A DNA stretch of 64,000 bases. Source: Somniosus microcephalus. Taxonomy: Eukaryota. Below the pieces are notes generated by a model. That model searched no databases and was not told where the DNA came from. It saw nothing but the letters and a program-made list of their open reading frames with translations. The stretch covers positions 63,302,001 through 63,366,000 of the forward strand of contig CM126224.1 in assembly GCA_052327205.1 (NCBI GenBank). The letters run 5' to 3'. The position numbers and the translations under genes are program-made. Every line of letters starts with the position of its first letter. Position 1 is the stretch's first letter. This document shows, piece after piece, positions 21,369-35,138 of the stretch.

Positions 21369-22630
21369 TAGGTTCGGAATGGTCATGGCCCTGTGGGTAG
21401 TGGAGTGGGCCCAGGGGCCGTGTAGCCTGGTTCTGCTCCTACTGTGTTCTAATTCTGTGTTAGATTTCAGGAGATGGTTTTATTCCTGTTCCTGGCTGAG
21501 GTGGCGATCGCCTTTACAGAAGGTAAGTACTGTAGAAAATATAGGGACAGAGTGATCTCCTGGAAGAATTTCGATCGCCTAGATGGGTCGGAGAGGAATT
21601 TCCCAGATTTTTTTCTCCCAAATTGGCCATTGGGTCTTTATCTGGTTTTTCGCCTCTCCCGGGAGATCACATGGGTTCGGGTGGATGCACAGTGATAGAA
21701 GATTTGAGGTTAGGATCAGATCAGCCATGATCTTATTGAATGGTGGAGCAGGCTCGAGGGGCCGATTGGCCTACTCCTGCTCCTATTTCTTATGTTCTAA
21801 TGTCATGCCCACCCTGTTAGTCTCCTGGTAAATACCAAGGCACAGTAACTAGTCAATATCTCTGCCATTTTGCTGTCATTCCCTGTGAGTTTCTCTTGTT
21901 CATCCCTGAGGGGCCCTGTCCCGATCCTGATTTTTCTTTTGCTACCTGTGTCTGTAGAATACTTTACTATTTCTTTTTATATTCCTTGACAATTTAATTT
22001 TGTAGATCCTCCTTACTTTTCTAATAGTTTTTTTGACATCTCTCCTAACCTTTTCATATTCCCTTGTTCATCCTTTGCTTTATTGTCTATGTACTTAGTG
22101 AATGCCTTTTTCGTTAGTTTCAATTTTACCCTTATCTCTTTATTCATCCACGGTGTGTTATTATTGGCTACTTTGTTTTTTTTAGCAAATTTATTTCCCC
22201 TGAACTCTATTGACCATCTTTTTAAATATTTCCCACTGTTGTTCTATCTTTTAGTTTGTCAACATTTTTTTCCAGTTTACCTTCCCCAGTTCCATTCTCA
22301 CCCCTCAAAATTAGCTTTTTTCCAATCTGTTACTTTGGTCTTTGTCTTACTTATGTATTTCTCAATCATTATTTTAAACCTTATTATGTTCTGATGTATT
22401 TATTAATCATTCCACTCACTTTTATTTTTAACAGTCATTTTATACATGTTTCCTGATTGTTTATGTTAACCTTATTACTTACCTTGGTCTGACCTTTACT
22501 CTCATTTCCTATTTCTTTTATCGTCAGGCTTATGTTATTTTCACTAAATCCCTCTCCCTGTCTTACTCGTGTAATCTCTTATCCACAGCCCTAGTTATAA
22601 TTTCTGCTGGGACTCTGGTCCCATTCTGGT

Positions 22631-25030
22631 TCAGGTGGTGGTCACAACAACCACAATCATCTTCTTTTGTGCTCGGTATGATCCAGCCTCTGGAGAGTTT
22701 TCTCCGATCCTCATTTTTACTAGGGCTCCTTGGTGCCACACTCGGTCGAATGCTGCCTTGATGTCAAGTGCAGTCACTCTCACCTCACCTCTGGAATTCT
22801 TTTGTCCATGTTTGGACCAAGGCTGCAATGAGGTCAGAAGCCGAGTAGTCCTGGCAGAATCCAAACTGGGAATCAGTGAGCAGGTTATTGGTGAGTAGGT
22901 GCCGCTTGACGACTGTTGACGCCTCCTTCCATCACTTTGCTGATGATTGAGAGTAGGCTGATAGGACCATAATTGGACGAGTTGGATTTGTCCTGCTTTA
23001 TGTGGACAGGACATACCTGGGCAATTTTGCACATTGTCAGGTAGATGCCAGTGTTGTAGCTGTACTCGAACAGCTTGGCTAGAGGCACAGCTAGTCCTGG
23101 AGCACAGGTCTTCAGCATCACATATGGGATGTTGTCGGGACCTGTAGCCTTTGATGTGTCCATTGCACTCAACCATTTCTTGATATCACGTGGAGTGAAT
23201 CGAATTTGCTTAAGGTGGAGGCTGAGAAGGATCATCCACTCGGCACTTCTGGCTGAAGATAGTTTTGAATGCTTCAAGCTTGTCACGTGCTGGGCTCCAC
23301 CATCATTGAGGATGGGATATTCATGGAGCCTCCACCTTCTGTGAGTTGCATAACTTTCCATAATCATTTGTGACTGAATGTAGCAGGACTGCAGAGCTTT
23401 GATCTGATCCGTTGGTTGTGGGATCGCTTAGCTCTGTCTATAGCATGCTGCTTCCGCTGTTTAGCATACATGTAGTCCTATGTTGTAGCTTCACCAGGTT
23501 GGCACATAATTTTCAGGTACGCCTGATACTATTCCTGGCATGCTCTTCTACATTCTTCATTAAACCATGATTGGTTGTCTGGCTTGATGGTGATGGAGGA
23601 GTGATGAATATACCAGGCCATCAGGGTACAGATTGTGGTGGAATACAATTCAGCTGCTGATGATGGCCCATAGCGCCTCATGGATGCCCAGTTTTGAGCT
23701 GCTAGATCTGTTCTTAATCTATCCCACTTAGCACGGTGGTAGTGCCACACAGCACAACGGATGGTGTCCTCAGTGTGAAGACAGGACTTGGTGTCCACAA
23801 AAGCTGTGCAGTGTTCAGCCCTACCAATACCATTGTGGACAGATACATCTGCAACAGGTACATTGGTGAGGACAAGGTCAGTCGGTTATTCCCGCGTGTT
23901 GGTTCTCTTATCATCTGCCGCAGGCCCAGCCTGTCCTTCAGGACTCGGTCAGCTCAGTCAGTGGTGGTACTACCAAGCCACACTTGGCGATTGAATTTGA
24001 AGTCCCCCACCCAGAGTACATTCTGTGCCCTTGCAACCCTCAGTACTTCCTCCAAGTAGTGTTTAACATGGAGGAGTACTGATTCATCAGCTGAGGGAGT
24101 AGGTGGTATTCAGCAGAAGGTTTCATAGAACCATAGAAACTTACAGCACAGAAGGAGGCCATTTGACCCGTCGTGCCTGTGCTGCATCTTTGAAAAAGCA
24201 GCCGTGCTTAATCCCACATCCCCGCTTTTTGTCCATAACCCTGTAAGTTCCACATCCTCAAGTACGTGTCCAACTCCCTTTTAAAATTATTTATGGAATC
24301 AATTTCTATCAGGTAGAGCGTTCCAGATCCTGACAACTCTCTGAGTGAAGACATTTCTCCTCATCTCCCCTCTAGATCTTTCACCAATGATTTTGAATCT
24401 ATGATCTCTAGTTATTGACCCACTCGCCAGAGGGAATAATTTTTCTCTATCTACTCTATCAAAACCTCTCATCATCTTCAAAACCTCTATCAGGACACCT
24501 CTTAACCTTCTCTGTTCCAACGAGAACAGTCTTAACTTTTCCAAACTCTCCTCATAACTGAAGTCTCTCATCCCTGGTAACATCCTGGTAAACCTCATCT
24601 GTACCCTTTCTAAGGCCTTTACATCTTTGCTGAAGTGTGTTTCCCAGAATTGTCCACAATTCTCCAACTGAGGCTTAACCAGTGATTTATAAAGTTCTAG
24701 CATGATCTCTTTGCCCATGTTTGACCTGATACCATGAGACTTCCTGAGGTCCGAAGTCAATGTTGTGCACTCCAGGGCCACCTCCCACTGATTGTATACC
24801 ACTGTGCCGCCACCTCTGGTGGATCTGTCCTGCTGGTAGGACAGAACATACCCATGGATGGTGATGGAGGAGTCTGGGACGTTGGCTGATAGATATAATT
24901 CTATGAGTCAGACTATGTCAGGCTGTTACTTGACTAGTCTGTGGGACAGCTCTCCCAATTTTGGCACCATCCCCCAGATGTTAGTGAGGAGGACTTTGCA
25001 GGGTCAGCTGGGCTGTGTATGTCGGAGGTG
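22631..25030 (-). mobile_element. Degraded internal fragment of the second CR1-group family, interrupted by a CR1 3' fragment (~24124-24710)
   Basis: Peptides KATGPDNIP, PISLLSIISKVMEG, ALDIKAAFDRVWH; the insert encodes FSLEQRRLRG. Confidence 0.75.
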
Positions 25031-25034
25031 GTCC

Positions 25035-26810
25035 TCCACAGATTTCCCAGCTCACAAATACAAAGGAGGAAGCGCTGGAGATCAGTGGCGTTTCAGCATC
25101 CCTGACGATAGGAGATAGAGATTGGGACCTCCCAGCTACCTGGTGACAAAATTAAATATCATGTCATACAACACTCACTTATGTTGACTTGATTTCAGCA
25201 GTGAGTGGAATATGATCATCTTTATAATGCTAAGTTGCAGCATTCTTACCTTGCCAGTACTAATTCATATCTTTTCTCTCGCACAGGGCCTTCACACGTA
25301 CATCAGCAGTCGGTGGATCTCCGGGATGACGGTTCCTTAGAGGAGCTGATTCCTTTTGAGAGTGCACCATCACAGGACTCGTGCTGACCATGCACCAATG
25401 CAGATACTCGCACTTCGTTGGGTCCAGCTAGGCAGTTAGTTGGGTTTTCACTTGGTGACTTACAGTTTGCAAGTGAGCACAAGCAGACAGTGGTGGCAGG
25501 GACTGCTGTGGAGAGTCCACGTTGGAGGGAGCAGCCTTCTCCAAGCTCTGCTCAGCAGATGCTGTAACCTGGGGGCCATTGATGAAAAGGATAATCATTA
25601 AGGCGCAGCAGAAAATCAACATCTTCTATGCACACTGTCAGCAACTGTAGAGACAATGGTGGAGTCCAGCTCAAGCATGAGTGAGTTGATGTCACAGGGC
25701 ATTGCGACGATGTCTTCTCCCATGGATACAGTGGCCAACTCCGTGGAATATCAATCTCGGCAATCAAATGAGTTCATGCAGGCTTTGACCATGGCCATGT
25801 AGACTCTGGATGCCAACATGTCTAGCACCTTAAATAGGATTACAGACACCTTGGCCTTAGCCTTACAGAGCGTCACTGATCTGCACCAAGCTGCTCTCCA
25901 GTGGAGCAGTAGGAGTGAAGTGCAGCTGACCCATAAGAGGGATGATGGTGAAAGGGGATATAGAAGTGGGGACTCCACTCAAAGCGCTCCCACTTCTCAT
26001 CCGTTGCCCCCACTTCAGTCAGTACCCGACATGCTGCCTCCTCTCCCAATGACTGAGTGTGCCCCTGCACAGGTGCAGGTGGAGGAGTCTTTGGTGGGAC
26101 CCTCACGGGCTCCAACACCCAGAGGTCATCAGCCAAGAGCATCTCAACAGTCAGAGCAGGGATCTAAGCAGCCTGCCTTTACCTCTGCTCAAACCACAGG
26201 GGAAGAGGAAAGCTTTGTAGTTCAACAAGGGTATGCACATGGGTGTATGAGAAAATGTTATGTTGTTAAGTTTCCGTTGTTTAGTGGAATCACATAAAAT
26301 TTATTACTTTGTACCACTTTCCCATGTTGCGCATTCTTGGTTGCTGGGTAGAAATCTTGCTCAATGACACATCTGGTGGTCATATGGCTGTCGTTGTACC
26401 GCTCATGGGCTTCATTGGTTGATCTGGGGGTGCAAGGATTGCCCCTTATGTGTAGTTGTGAGCACTGAGTATTTATTGATGCCCATATGCCTGATTTTTA
26501 ATGAGCCCATGAGTTGCTGTACAATCTCCTCGCCTTCCTTTCAATGGCGAGTTTCAGGAAGCCTGGGAAAACCCGTGCATGTGATGTTAAATTTAAATAC
26601 CCAACAAGATCTCATTGAAATTGACTCATTTAAATATTATAAGCAGTAACCCACCTCTATGGAGGGGGTTATGCACATGCATCAAAACACGCCTGAGTTA
26701 AACCCTGATGTCAGCATGTTGGAGCCAGCTTCCGGACACGCTGCCATTTTCGCCAATTTTAATAACCTTCCCGAACCCCAGCCCATATGCTCTTTACTGT
26801 TAAAATTCCT
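25035..26810 (+). mobile_element. Deleted Harbinger remnant (Myb gene exons and right end), same family as 35139-39050
   Basis: 25200-26230 matches 37000-38110 in the opposite orientation (e.g. HSYLASTNS vs HSYLASTHS, DDGERG). Confidence 0.7.
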
Positions 26811-26880
26811 TCTTAAATGTCCCGAATGTTCATCCTATGGGTGAGGTGCTCTACCAGGAGTGCAAATTCAGAAAGTTAAT

Positions 26881-29800
26881 CATAGAATCATAGAATGGTT
26901 ACAGCACGGAAGAAGGCCATTCGGCCTGTCGAGCCCGTGCCGACTCTCAGCTAGTCCCACTTCCCTGCCCTTTCCCTGTAGCCCTGCAATTTTTTTCCTT
27001 CAGGTACTTATCCAACTCCCTTTTGAAAGATAAGATTGAGTCTACCTCCACCACCCTCTCAGGCAGTGCATTCCAGATCTTAACCACTCACTGCGTAAAA
27101 AAGTTTTTTCTTATGTCACCTTAGGTTCTTTTGCCAATCACTTTAAATCTGTGTCCTCTGGTTCTCGACCCTTCTGCCAATGGGAACAGGTTCCCTCTAT
27201 CTACCCTGTCCAGACCTCTCATGATTTTGAACACCTCTATCAAATCTCCTTTCAATCTTCTCTGCTCCAAGGAGAACAGCCCCAGCTTCTCCAGTCTATC
27301 AACTTACCTGAAGTCCCTCATTCCTGGAATAATTCTCGTAAACCTTTTCTGCACCCTCTCTAAGGCCTTCACATCCTTCCTAAAGTGTGGTGCCCAGAAT
27401 TGGACACAGTACTCCAGTTGGGGCCGAACCAGTGTTTTATACAGGTTCATCATAATTTCCACACTTTTGTACTCTGCCTCTACTTATGAAGCTCAGGATC
27501 CCGTAAGCCTTTTTAACTGCTTTCTCAACCTGCCCTGCCACCTTCAACGATTTATGCACACATACCCCCCAGGTCTCTCTTTTCGTGCTACCCCTTTAGG
27601 ATTGTACCATTTAGTTCATATGTCCTCTCCTCATTCTTTCTACCAAAATGCATCACTTAACACTTTTCTGCATTAAATTTCAGCTGCCATGTGTCTGCCC
27701 GTTTCACCATGTCTTCCTGAAGTCTATCACTATCCTCCTCACTGTTCACTATACTTCCAAGTTTTGTGTCATCTGCAAATTTTGAAATTGTGCCCTGTAC
27801 ACCCACTAATCATTAATATATATCAAGAAAAGCAGTGGTCCTGGAACTGACCCCTGGGGAACACCACTGTATACCTTCCTCCAGTCCAAAAAACAACCGT
27901 TCACCACTACTCTCTGTTTCCTGTCACTTAGCCAATTTCCTATCCATGCTGCCACTGTCCCTTTTATTCCATGGGCTTCAACTTTGCTGGCAAGCCTATT
28001 ATGTGGCACTTTGTCAAATGCCTTTTGGAAATTCATGTACACTACATCAACCGCATTACCCTCATCAACCCTCTCTGTTACCTCATCAAAAAACTCAATC
28101 AAGTTAGTTAAACACGATTTGCCTTTAATAAATCCGTGCTGGCTTTCCTTAATTAATCCACTCCTATCCAAGTGACTGTTAATTTTGTCCCAGATTATCG
28201 TTCCTAAAATCTTCCCCACTACTGAGGTTAAACTGACTGGCCTGTAGTTGCTGGGTTTATCCTTGCACCCTTTTTTGAACAATGGTGTAACATTTGCAAT
28301 TCTCCAGTCCTCTGGCACCACCCCCGTATCTATGGAGGATTGGAATATTATGGCCAATCCCTCTGCAATTTCCGCCCTCAATTCCCTCAGCATCCTAGGA
28401 TGTATCCCATCTGCTCCTGGTGATTTATCTACTTTAAGTACAGCAAGCCTTTCTAATACCTCTTTATCAATTTTTATTCTATCAAGTGTCTCTACTACCT
28501 CCTCCTTCATTATGTCTATGGCAGCATCCTCTTCCTTGGTGAAGACAGATGCAAAGTACTCATTTAGTACCTCAGCCATACCCTCTGCCTCCATGCATAG
28601 GTCTCCTTTTTAGTCCGTAATTGTCCCCACCCCTCCTCGTATTACTCTTTTACTATTTATATGCCTATAGAAGACTTTTGGATTACCTTTTATGTTGGCT
28701 GCCATTCTATTCTCATATCCTCTCTTTGCCCCTCTTATTTTCTTTTTCACTTCTCCTCTGACCTTTCTATATATAGCCTGATTCTCAGATGTATTTGCAA
28801 CCTGACATCTGTCATATGCGCTCTTTTTATGTTTCATCATATTCTCTATCTGTTTTGTCATCCAGGGAGCTCTGATTTTAGTTGCCCTACCTTTCTCCCT
28901 CATGGGAATGTACCTCCACTGTACCTGAACTACTTCCTATTTAAAGGCATCCCATTATTCCACTACAGTTTTGCCTGCCATTCTTTGATTCCAGTTTACC
29001 CGGGCCAGATCCGTTCTCATCCCACTGAAATTGGCCTTCCCCCAGTTAAACATTTTTACTCTAGATTGCTCCCTGTCCTTTTCCATAGCTAATCTAAACC
29101 TTGTGATATTATGATCACTGTTCCCTAAATGTTCACCTACTGATCCAGCAATGCCTCCTCCCTCGTCGGGCCTGAAACATACTGATCAAGAAAGTTCTCC
29201 TGAGCACACTTCAGAAATTCTTCCCCCTCTCTGCCCTTAACACTATTACAATCCCAGTCTATATTAGGATAGTTGAAGTCCCCCATTATTACTACTCTAT
29301 AGTTCTTGCACCTCTCTGTAATTTCTCTGCAAATTTGCTCCTCCATATCTTTCCCACTATTTGGTGGTCTATAGAATACACCTAGTAGTGTAATGGCACC
29401 TCTATTATTTTTTAACTCTAGCCATATAGATTCTGTCCTTGACCCCTCCAGGACATCCTCCCTCTCCAGCACTGTGACATTCTCCTTAACCAATACGACC
29501 ACACCACCTTCTATTTTTCCTTTCCTATCTTTCCTGAACACCTTATAACCAGGAATATTTAATACCCAATCCTGCCCTTTTTTGAGCCAGTTCTCAGTTC
29601 TTGCCATAACATCATATTCCCATGTGGCTATTTGTGCCTGCAGCTCACTCACCTTGTTTACTTCGCTTCGTGCGTTCACATACATACACTGTAAACCCAT
29701 CTTCGACCATCCTGTATTCTCTCTTAGTTGGACCCCACCTAATACCTTACTATTTCTTACTTTAGTCCTCTCTTCCTCTCCCAATCCTTTGAGCACTTTA

Positions 29801-30700
29801 TTTCCCCTTTCTAATGCTACATCTTGGTGCCCATCCCCCTGCCAAATTAGTTTAAACCCTTCCCAACAGCACCAGCAAACCTCCCCGCGAGGATATTGGT
29901 TCCGGCCCTGTTGAGGTGCAACCCATCTGGCCTGAACAGGTCCCACCTCCCCCAAAACTGATCCCAATGCCCCAGGAAGCTAAAGCCCTCCCTCCTGCAC
30001 CATCTCTTCAGCCACGCATTCATCTGCTCTTTCCTCCTATTTCTATACTCACTCACGCATGGCACCGGTACTACCTTTGAGGTCCTGCTTTTTAATCTCT
30101 TTCCTAGCTCACTAAAATCTGCCTGCAGGACCTCATCCCTCTTTCTACTTATGTCATTGGTACCAATATGGACCACGACCTCTGGCTGTTCACCCTCTCC
30201 CCTCAGAATGTTCTGCAGCCACTCAGTGACATCCTTAACCCTGGCACCAGGGAGGCAACATACCACCCTGGAGTTACGTCTGCAGCCGCAGAAACGCCTG
30301 TCTGCTCCCCAACTATCGAACCCCCTACCACTAATGCTCTCCCGCTCTTCTTCCGCCCCCCTCTACAGCTGAGCCACCCATGGTGCCGCGGACTTGGCTC
30401 TGGCTGCACTCCCCAGAGGAACCAGTACTCAGAACAGAATACTGGCTGGAGAGCGAGATGTACTCAGGGGACTCCTGCACTACCTGCCTGGTCCCCCACT
30501 TCTGTCTGGCAGTCACCCATTCCCTCTCTGCCTGCACACTCCTTAACTGCGGGGTGACCTCCTCCTAAAACGTGCTATCCGCACAGCTCTCAGCCTCATG
30601 GATGCACTGCAGTGACGACAGTTGCTGCTCAAGCTCCGAAACCCAGAGCTCGAGCTCCTCCAGCTGACCACACCTCCTGCACACGCGGTTGTCCAGGACA
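26881..30700 (-). mobile_element. Near full-length degraded CR1 (ORF1 esterase and ORF2, frameshifted)
   Basis: ORFs 29847-30266 (HIGTND, DGLHLN), 29137-29967 (APE) and 27806-28594 (RT); tail at 26881. Confidence 0.88.
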
Positions 30701-31408
30701 CTTGAAAATTGAATTTGTAGTAAATAAATAAACTGCTTGTGTTTGTGTTTGGTTCAACCCTGTCCATTATTTGAAGTACAATCTAACCTGGTCGCATTTT
30801 GCAACTTTTTACACAAGTATTGTGTTTCACACCTTCGATCTGTCCTTTAATAATAAGTGTTGTCTTCAGAATTTTGAGTACGGACCTTCTAATGTATGCA
30901 TAAATTGTTCCTGAGCATATAGCTCAGGTAAGTGTACACAGAGCTGTAAAAGCACAGCTACAATCTTACAGATAAAATTCTGGTTCGTTCTTCCTTCTTT
31001 TTGCTTCATGCTGCTATGGAATGTCGATCTAATCTCAGTTCGTTTGGGAAAATGGCAAATTTGCCAGCTTTCCTTGAGGAACAACCGGTTTCTCCATTGT
31101 AAGTAGAAAAGACTTGGCCATGAGTTTGCCCTTTTATTTCAATCTTTTATGAATGCCATAACTTCCTAGACTGCATCTATTTAGATCCTGGCTTAATAGC
31201 ATAGACAGCATAATAAAGGCATTGCAGGGATAACTAATGGTGTCGAAAGCAGAGAGCATCAGAACAGAAAATGTTCTTCCAATTCTATCCTTTTGTATTC
31301 TAAAAGGCAACGACAAGCTGACATCAGGAACCATGTGACACAAGCACTTCTTGTTTCAAGGACAATGTAAAAGTGTTGAAGTGAAAACACTTGCATTGTG
31401 CTTAAGGT

Positions 31409-34375
31409 TGTCATCGTGTCGAGTCGCTACACCTTCCCTTGCCACTGTTCCACGCGGGCTGTGGCTCGAGAGTTGAAGTCCCTCAGATCTTTAGGTCTAA
31501 TGGCTCTGGTAGTAGAGGGCATTCTAGGAGATGCTCCATTGTTTGAGATGCCTCTCCACAGTCACAGTCGGTAGCATCAGTTTGGCTGTATCCCCACTTC
31601 TGCATGAGGGCTCTGCAGCGGCCGACACCAGTCCTGAGACGATTGAGACACAGCCAAGTAGGCCAAGTCTCACTGGCTCCTGTTGGAAGAGATTCCTCTG
31701 GATCAAAAAATAGCTTATGTAACTATGTCTGCAGATCCTTTAACCAAGCATCTAGTCTACAGCTGTGGGGATTACATTCCAAGGGCTGAACAGCATGTAA
31801 GAAACTGCTCCTGGACTTGAGCCTCTTCATTGCTGGCTCGTGTTGAGAAAGTGGATGACGGGCCTCACTTGTCTGCTTTGACCTTTCCACTCTTGATGAA
31901 ACTCACCTTCTTATGAAAGGTGGAGCAATGCCAGCAAGCAGGTAAAGATCATCCACCTTCGCAGGTTTCAGGCAGCCAGAAATAGCTCTGCAGGCTGCGT
32001 TGAGGTCTGGATCCATCTTCTTCGTATGCGAGGAGCATTCCCAGACTGGACAGGCATATTCAGCTGCTGAATAACACAGGGCAAGGGCAGTAGTTTGTAA
32101 GGTCCTTGGGTCAGTTCCCCATTTAGAGTTGGCCAATTCCCTTAAGATGTTGTTTCTGGCTCCCACCTTTGCCTTTGCTTTGATGACATGAACTTTGTAG
32201 CTGATGGTACGATCTAATATTACGCCAAGGTATATTGGCTTAGAGTTGTGTGCCAGTCTTCTCCCATACCACCAGACATTAAGTTCTCGGTTTGCATCTC
32301 TGTTCTTAAGATGAAAAGCACTGATCTGTGTCTTTTCAGCTTTGGCCCGCAGATGATTGGTCGCATAGTAGTTGGTTAGCTCAGCTAATGCATCGCCAAG
32401 GGACTTCTCTACTTTATCAAAGGATTGGTCCAGAGATGCATAGAGGAAACTTCTGGTGTGTGGATGGATAGGCTGGCCACTGGTATAGATGTTAAACAGC
32501 AAGGGTGCGACAACACTACCTTGAGGTAACCCATTCTTCTGTCTGCGCCATCTGCTTCGCTTGCTGTTGAGGTCAGCAAAGAAATGTCTGTTGGCCAGCA
32601 TGTTGCATATCAGCTCTGTCAATCTGGCATCTTTTGTTATGTGGAATACCTTCTGCACAAGAATCCGATGATTGACTGTGTCATATGCAGCAGATAAATC
32701 CACAACAGATGCACTTGTTATTAGCCCAATCTCGTAGCCATCCTCAATAAATTGGGTCAGATTTAGAAGCTGGCTTGTGCAAGATTTTCCTGGCTTGAAT
32801 CCTGCTTGGGGGCCAGACAATTCAGGATGAGTCGCTCAAACAGTTTATAGGTGTGGCATAACGGAGATTGGCCTGAAGCTCTTAACGTTGGCTGGGTCTT
32901 TGCCGGGGTTCAGAATTGTCACTGTTCTTGTTGGTCTCCACAGCTTAGGGATCTTGTTGGTGGCTTTTTTTTAATTCATTTATGGGATGTGGGTGTCGCT
33001 GGCTAGGCCTGCATTTAGTGCCCATCCCTAATTGCCCTTGAGAAGATGGTGGTGAGCCGCCTTCTTGAACCGCTGCAGTCCATATGGTGTAGGTACACCC
33101 ACAATGCTGTTAGGGAGGGAGTTCCAGGATTTTGGCCCAGCGACTGTGAAGGAGCGGCGATACAGGTCCAAGTCAGGATGGTGTGTGGCTTGGAGGGGAA
33201 CTTGTAGGTGGTGATGTTCCCATGCGTCTGCTGCCCTTGTCCTTCTAAGTGGTAGAGGTCGCGGGTTTGGAAGGTGCTGTTGAAGGAGCTTTGACGCGTT
33301 GCTGCAGTGCATCTTGTAGATGGTACACACTGCAGCCACAGTGCACCGGTGGTGGAGGGAGTGAATGTTGAAGGTGGTGGATGGAGTGCCAATCAAGCGG
33401 GCTGCTTTATCCTGAATGGTGTCGAGCTTCTTGAGTGTTGTTGGAGCTGCACTCATCCAGGCAAGTGGAGAGTATTCCATCACACTCCTTACTTGTGCCT
33501 TGTAGACGGTGGAAAGGCTTTGGGGAGTCAGGAGGCGAGACACTCGCCGCAGAATTCCCAGCCTCTGGCCTGCTCTTGTAGCCACAGTATTTATATGGCT
33601 AGTCCAGTTCAGTTTCTGATCAATGGTAACCCCCAGGATGTTGATAGTGGAGGATTCAGCGATGGTAATGCCATTGAATGTCAAGGGGAGATGGTTAGAG
33701 TCTCGCTTGTTGGAGATGGTCATTGCCTGGCACTTGTGTGGTGCGAATGTTACTTGCCACTTGTCAGCCCAAGTCTGAATGTTGTCCAGGTCTTGCTGCA
33801 TATGGACACGGACTGCATCAGTATCTGACGAGTCTCGAATGGTGCTGAACAATTGTTGAGCACGTCAAGTAGCCACAGTAAAGCCACAGGTCCAAAATGC
33901 TTGATTTGTTCACAGAGAATATCGTCAAGTCCAGCTGCTTTGTTGTTTTTCATCACTTTGATACCAAGTAACACCTCGCTCATGGTGAAGGTTCTTGTAA
34001 AGTCAGAATCCTCCTTGTCAACTTCAGCAGGTCTTGGGTGTTTAACTCTGCTGGGACGATGGCCTGGGTTTCCTTGGTTGTTCAAGAGGAGCTGGTGAGC
34101 GACTTGACCTGCTGTGACTTTATACTTCGGTTGTACTTTAGTGAAGTCGTTTCCTAGCATCCTGATTGTTTTCCAGCTGCTGTGTGTCATGTCTGTGGAT
34201 TCGGTCAGTTCTTGCCACTTCCTGCATCACTCATCTGATATAGCATCAACAAGCCTTTCTCCAGCTTCCGGAGTATCATCTCCAAAGCGATCTACCTGGA
34301 AACAGTTGCTATAGACCTCATAGAGGTCTTTAGCATCCTCCGATAGTCCTGGGATGTAGTTTGTCTGGCATCCTG
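31409..34375 (-). mobile_element. 5'-truncated Vingi/Ingi-like (I-group) LINE
   Basis: RT QAGFKPGKSC, DLSAAYDTV, NGLPQGSVVAP, WGTDPRTLQTTALALCYSAAEYACPVW; 9-bp TSD GCTTAAGGT (31400-31408, 34376-34384). Confidence 0.8.
32965..33852 (-). mobile_element. 3' fragment of the second CR1-group family nested in the Vingi-like element
   Basis: ORF 33028-33852 (WADKWQVTFAPHKC...AAHHHLLKGN) with an A-rich tail at ~32966. Confidence 0.85.
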
Positions 34376-35138
34376 GCTTAAGGTACCATCTTTGCTATGA
34401 CTTTCTAAAGGCTCTCACTGCAAGCAGCTTCACGACATGGGCATCACCAAAATGAGAGTCAAATGATAGGCGTCCAGCGGCTGAGTGATAAATTCCACGT
34501 TCCCCAATAGAATCTCTCAGGATATATGCAAATCCAACACTTCCCCCCCGCATCTGGTATGCTACCTAAAATCCAGTTCCAAACTGACTCCACAAAACAT
34601 AAACCCTCCTGAAGGCAAATCTCTTATCTCTACTCATACTGCCCTCTGTGTCTTCAGAAAATCTATGTAAATTCTGGGAGCATAATCTCAGCCACCCACT
34701 CTTAAAGCAACGATGACCTGTATGGCCTCTACCTGAGAAAAAGTCAGCTCTTGTACAACTCAACAATAACAAAGTAAAGAGAAATAAACTGGTTCAAAAG
34801 AAGAATTGATCTGCAAGATAATCCTCTTATAGGACCTCAGCTTTCTGTTACAAGTTAGCTTCATTGTTTAACTCGTCTCTGAAGAGCTTATTTTCAGCTA
34901 GATTTGTGTGTGCCCGGCTTCTTAAATTGAGACTGTTTTAATCTTGTTTCTTAATTGAGAGATTGGTTTAAAAAGGGTTGCACAGAGAACATCTTCTTTG
35001 ACAACTTATTCAAGATCATTCAAGGTAGCAAAGAACTCTTCCTCAGTGCCAGCCTAGTTAATAGAAAAGGATAAGCAGAGACATTGCTGATGGTGAAAGG
35101 GGAAGGCACCAAGAAAAGTTGGGAATAGGGGAAGTTAA

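Larger units (their letters stand above)
16033..21801 (+). mobile_element. Full-length young CR1 LINE
   Basis: 5' monomer array, ORF1, ORF2 and 3' tail ...GGCCTACTCCTGCTCCTATTTCTTATGTTCT. Confidence 0.92.
12866..22630 (-). mobile_element. Old CR1 LINE (ORF2 remnant) hosting a solo LTR, a MITE and a full-length CR1
   Basis: Collinear minus-strand pieces: tail at ~12870, SKFADDTKLGG (~14780), ANVIPIFKKGDK (~15800), further 5' remnants at 21800-22630. Confidence 0.75.

Noticed and set aside
30870-30927. Coding exon bounded by TTCAG and GTAAGT
   Set aside because: Stops occur in all three frames; a non-coding exon cannot be supported from sequence alone.
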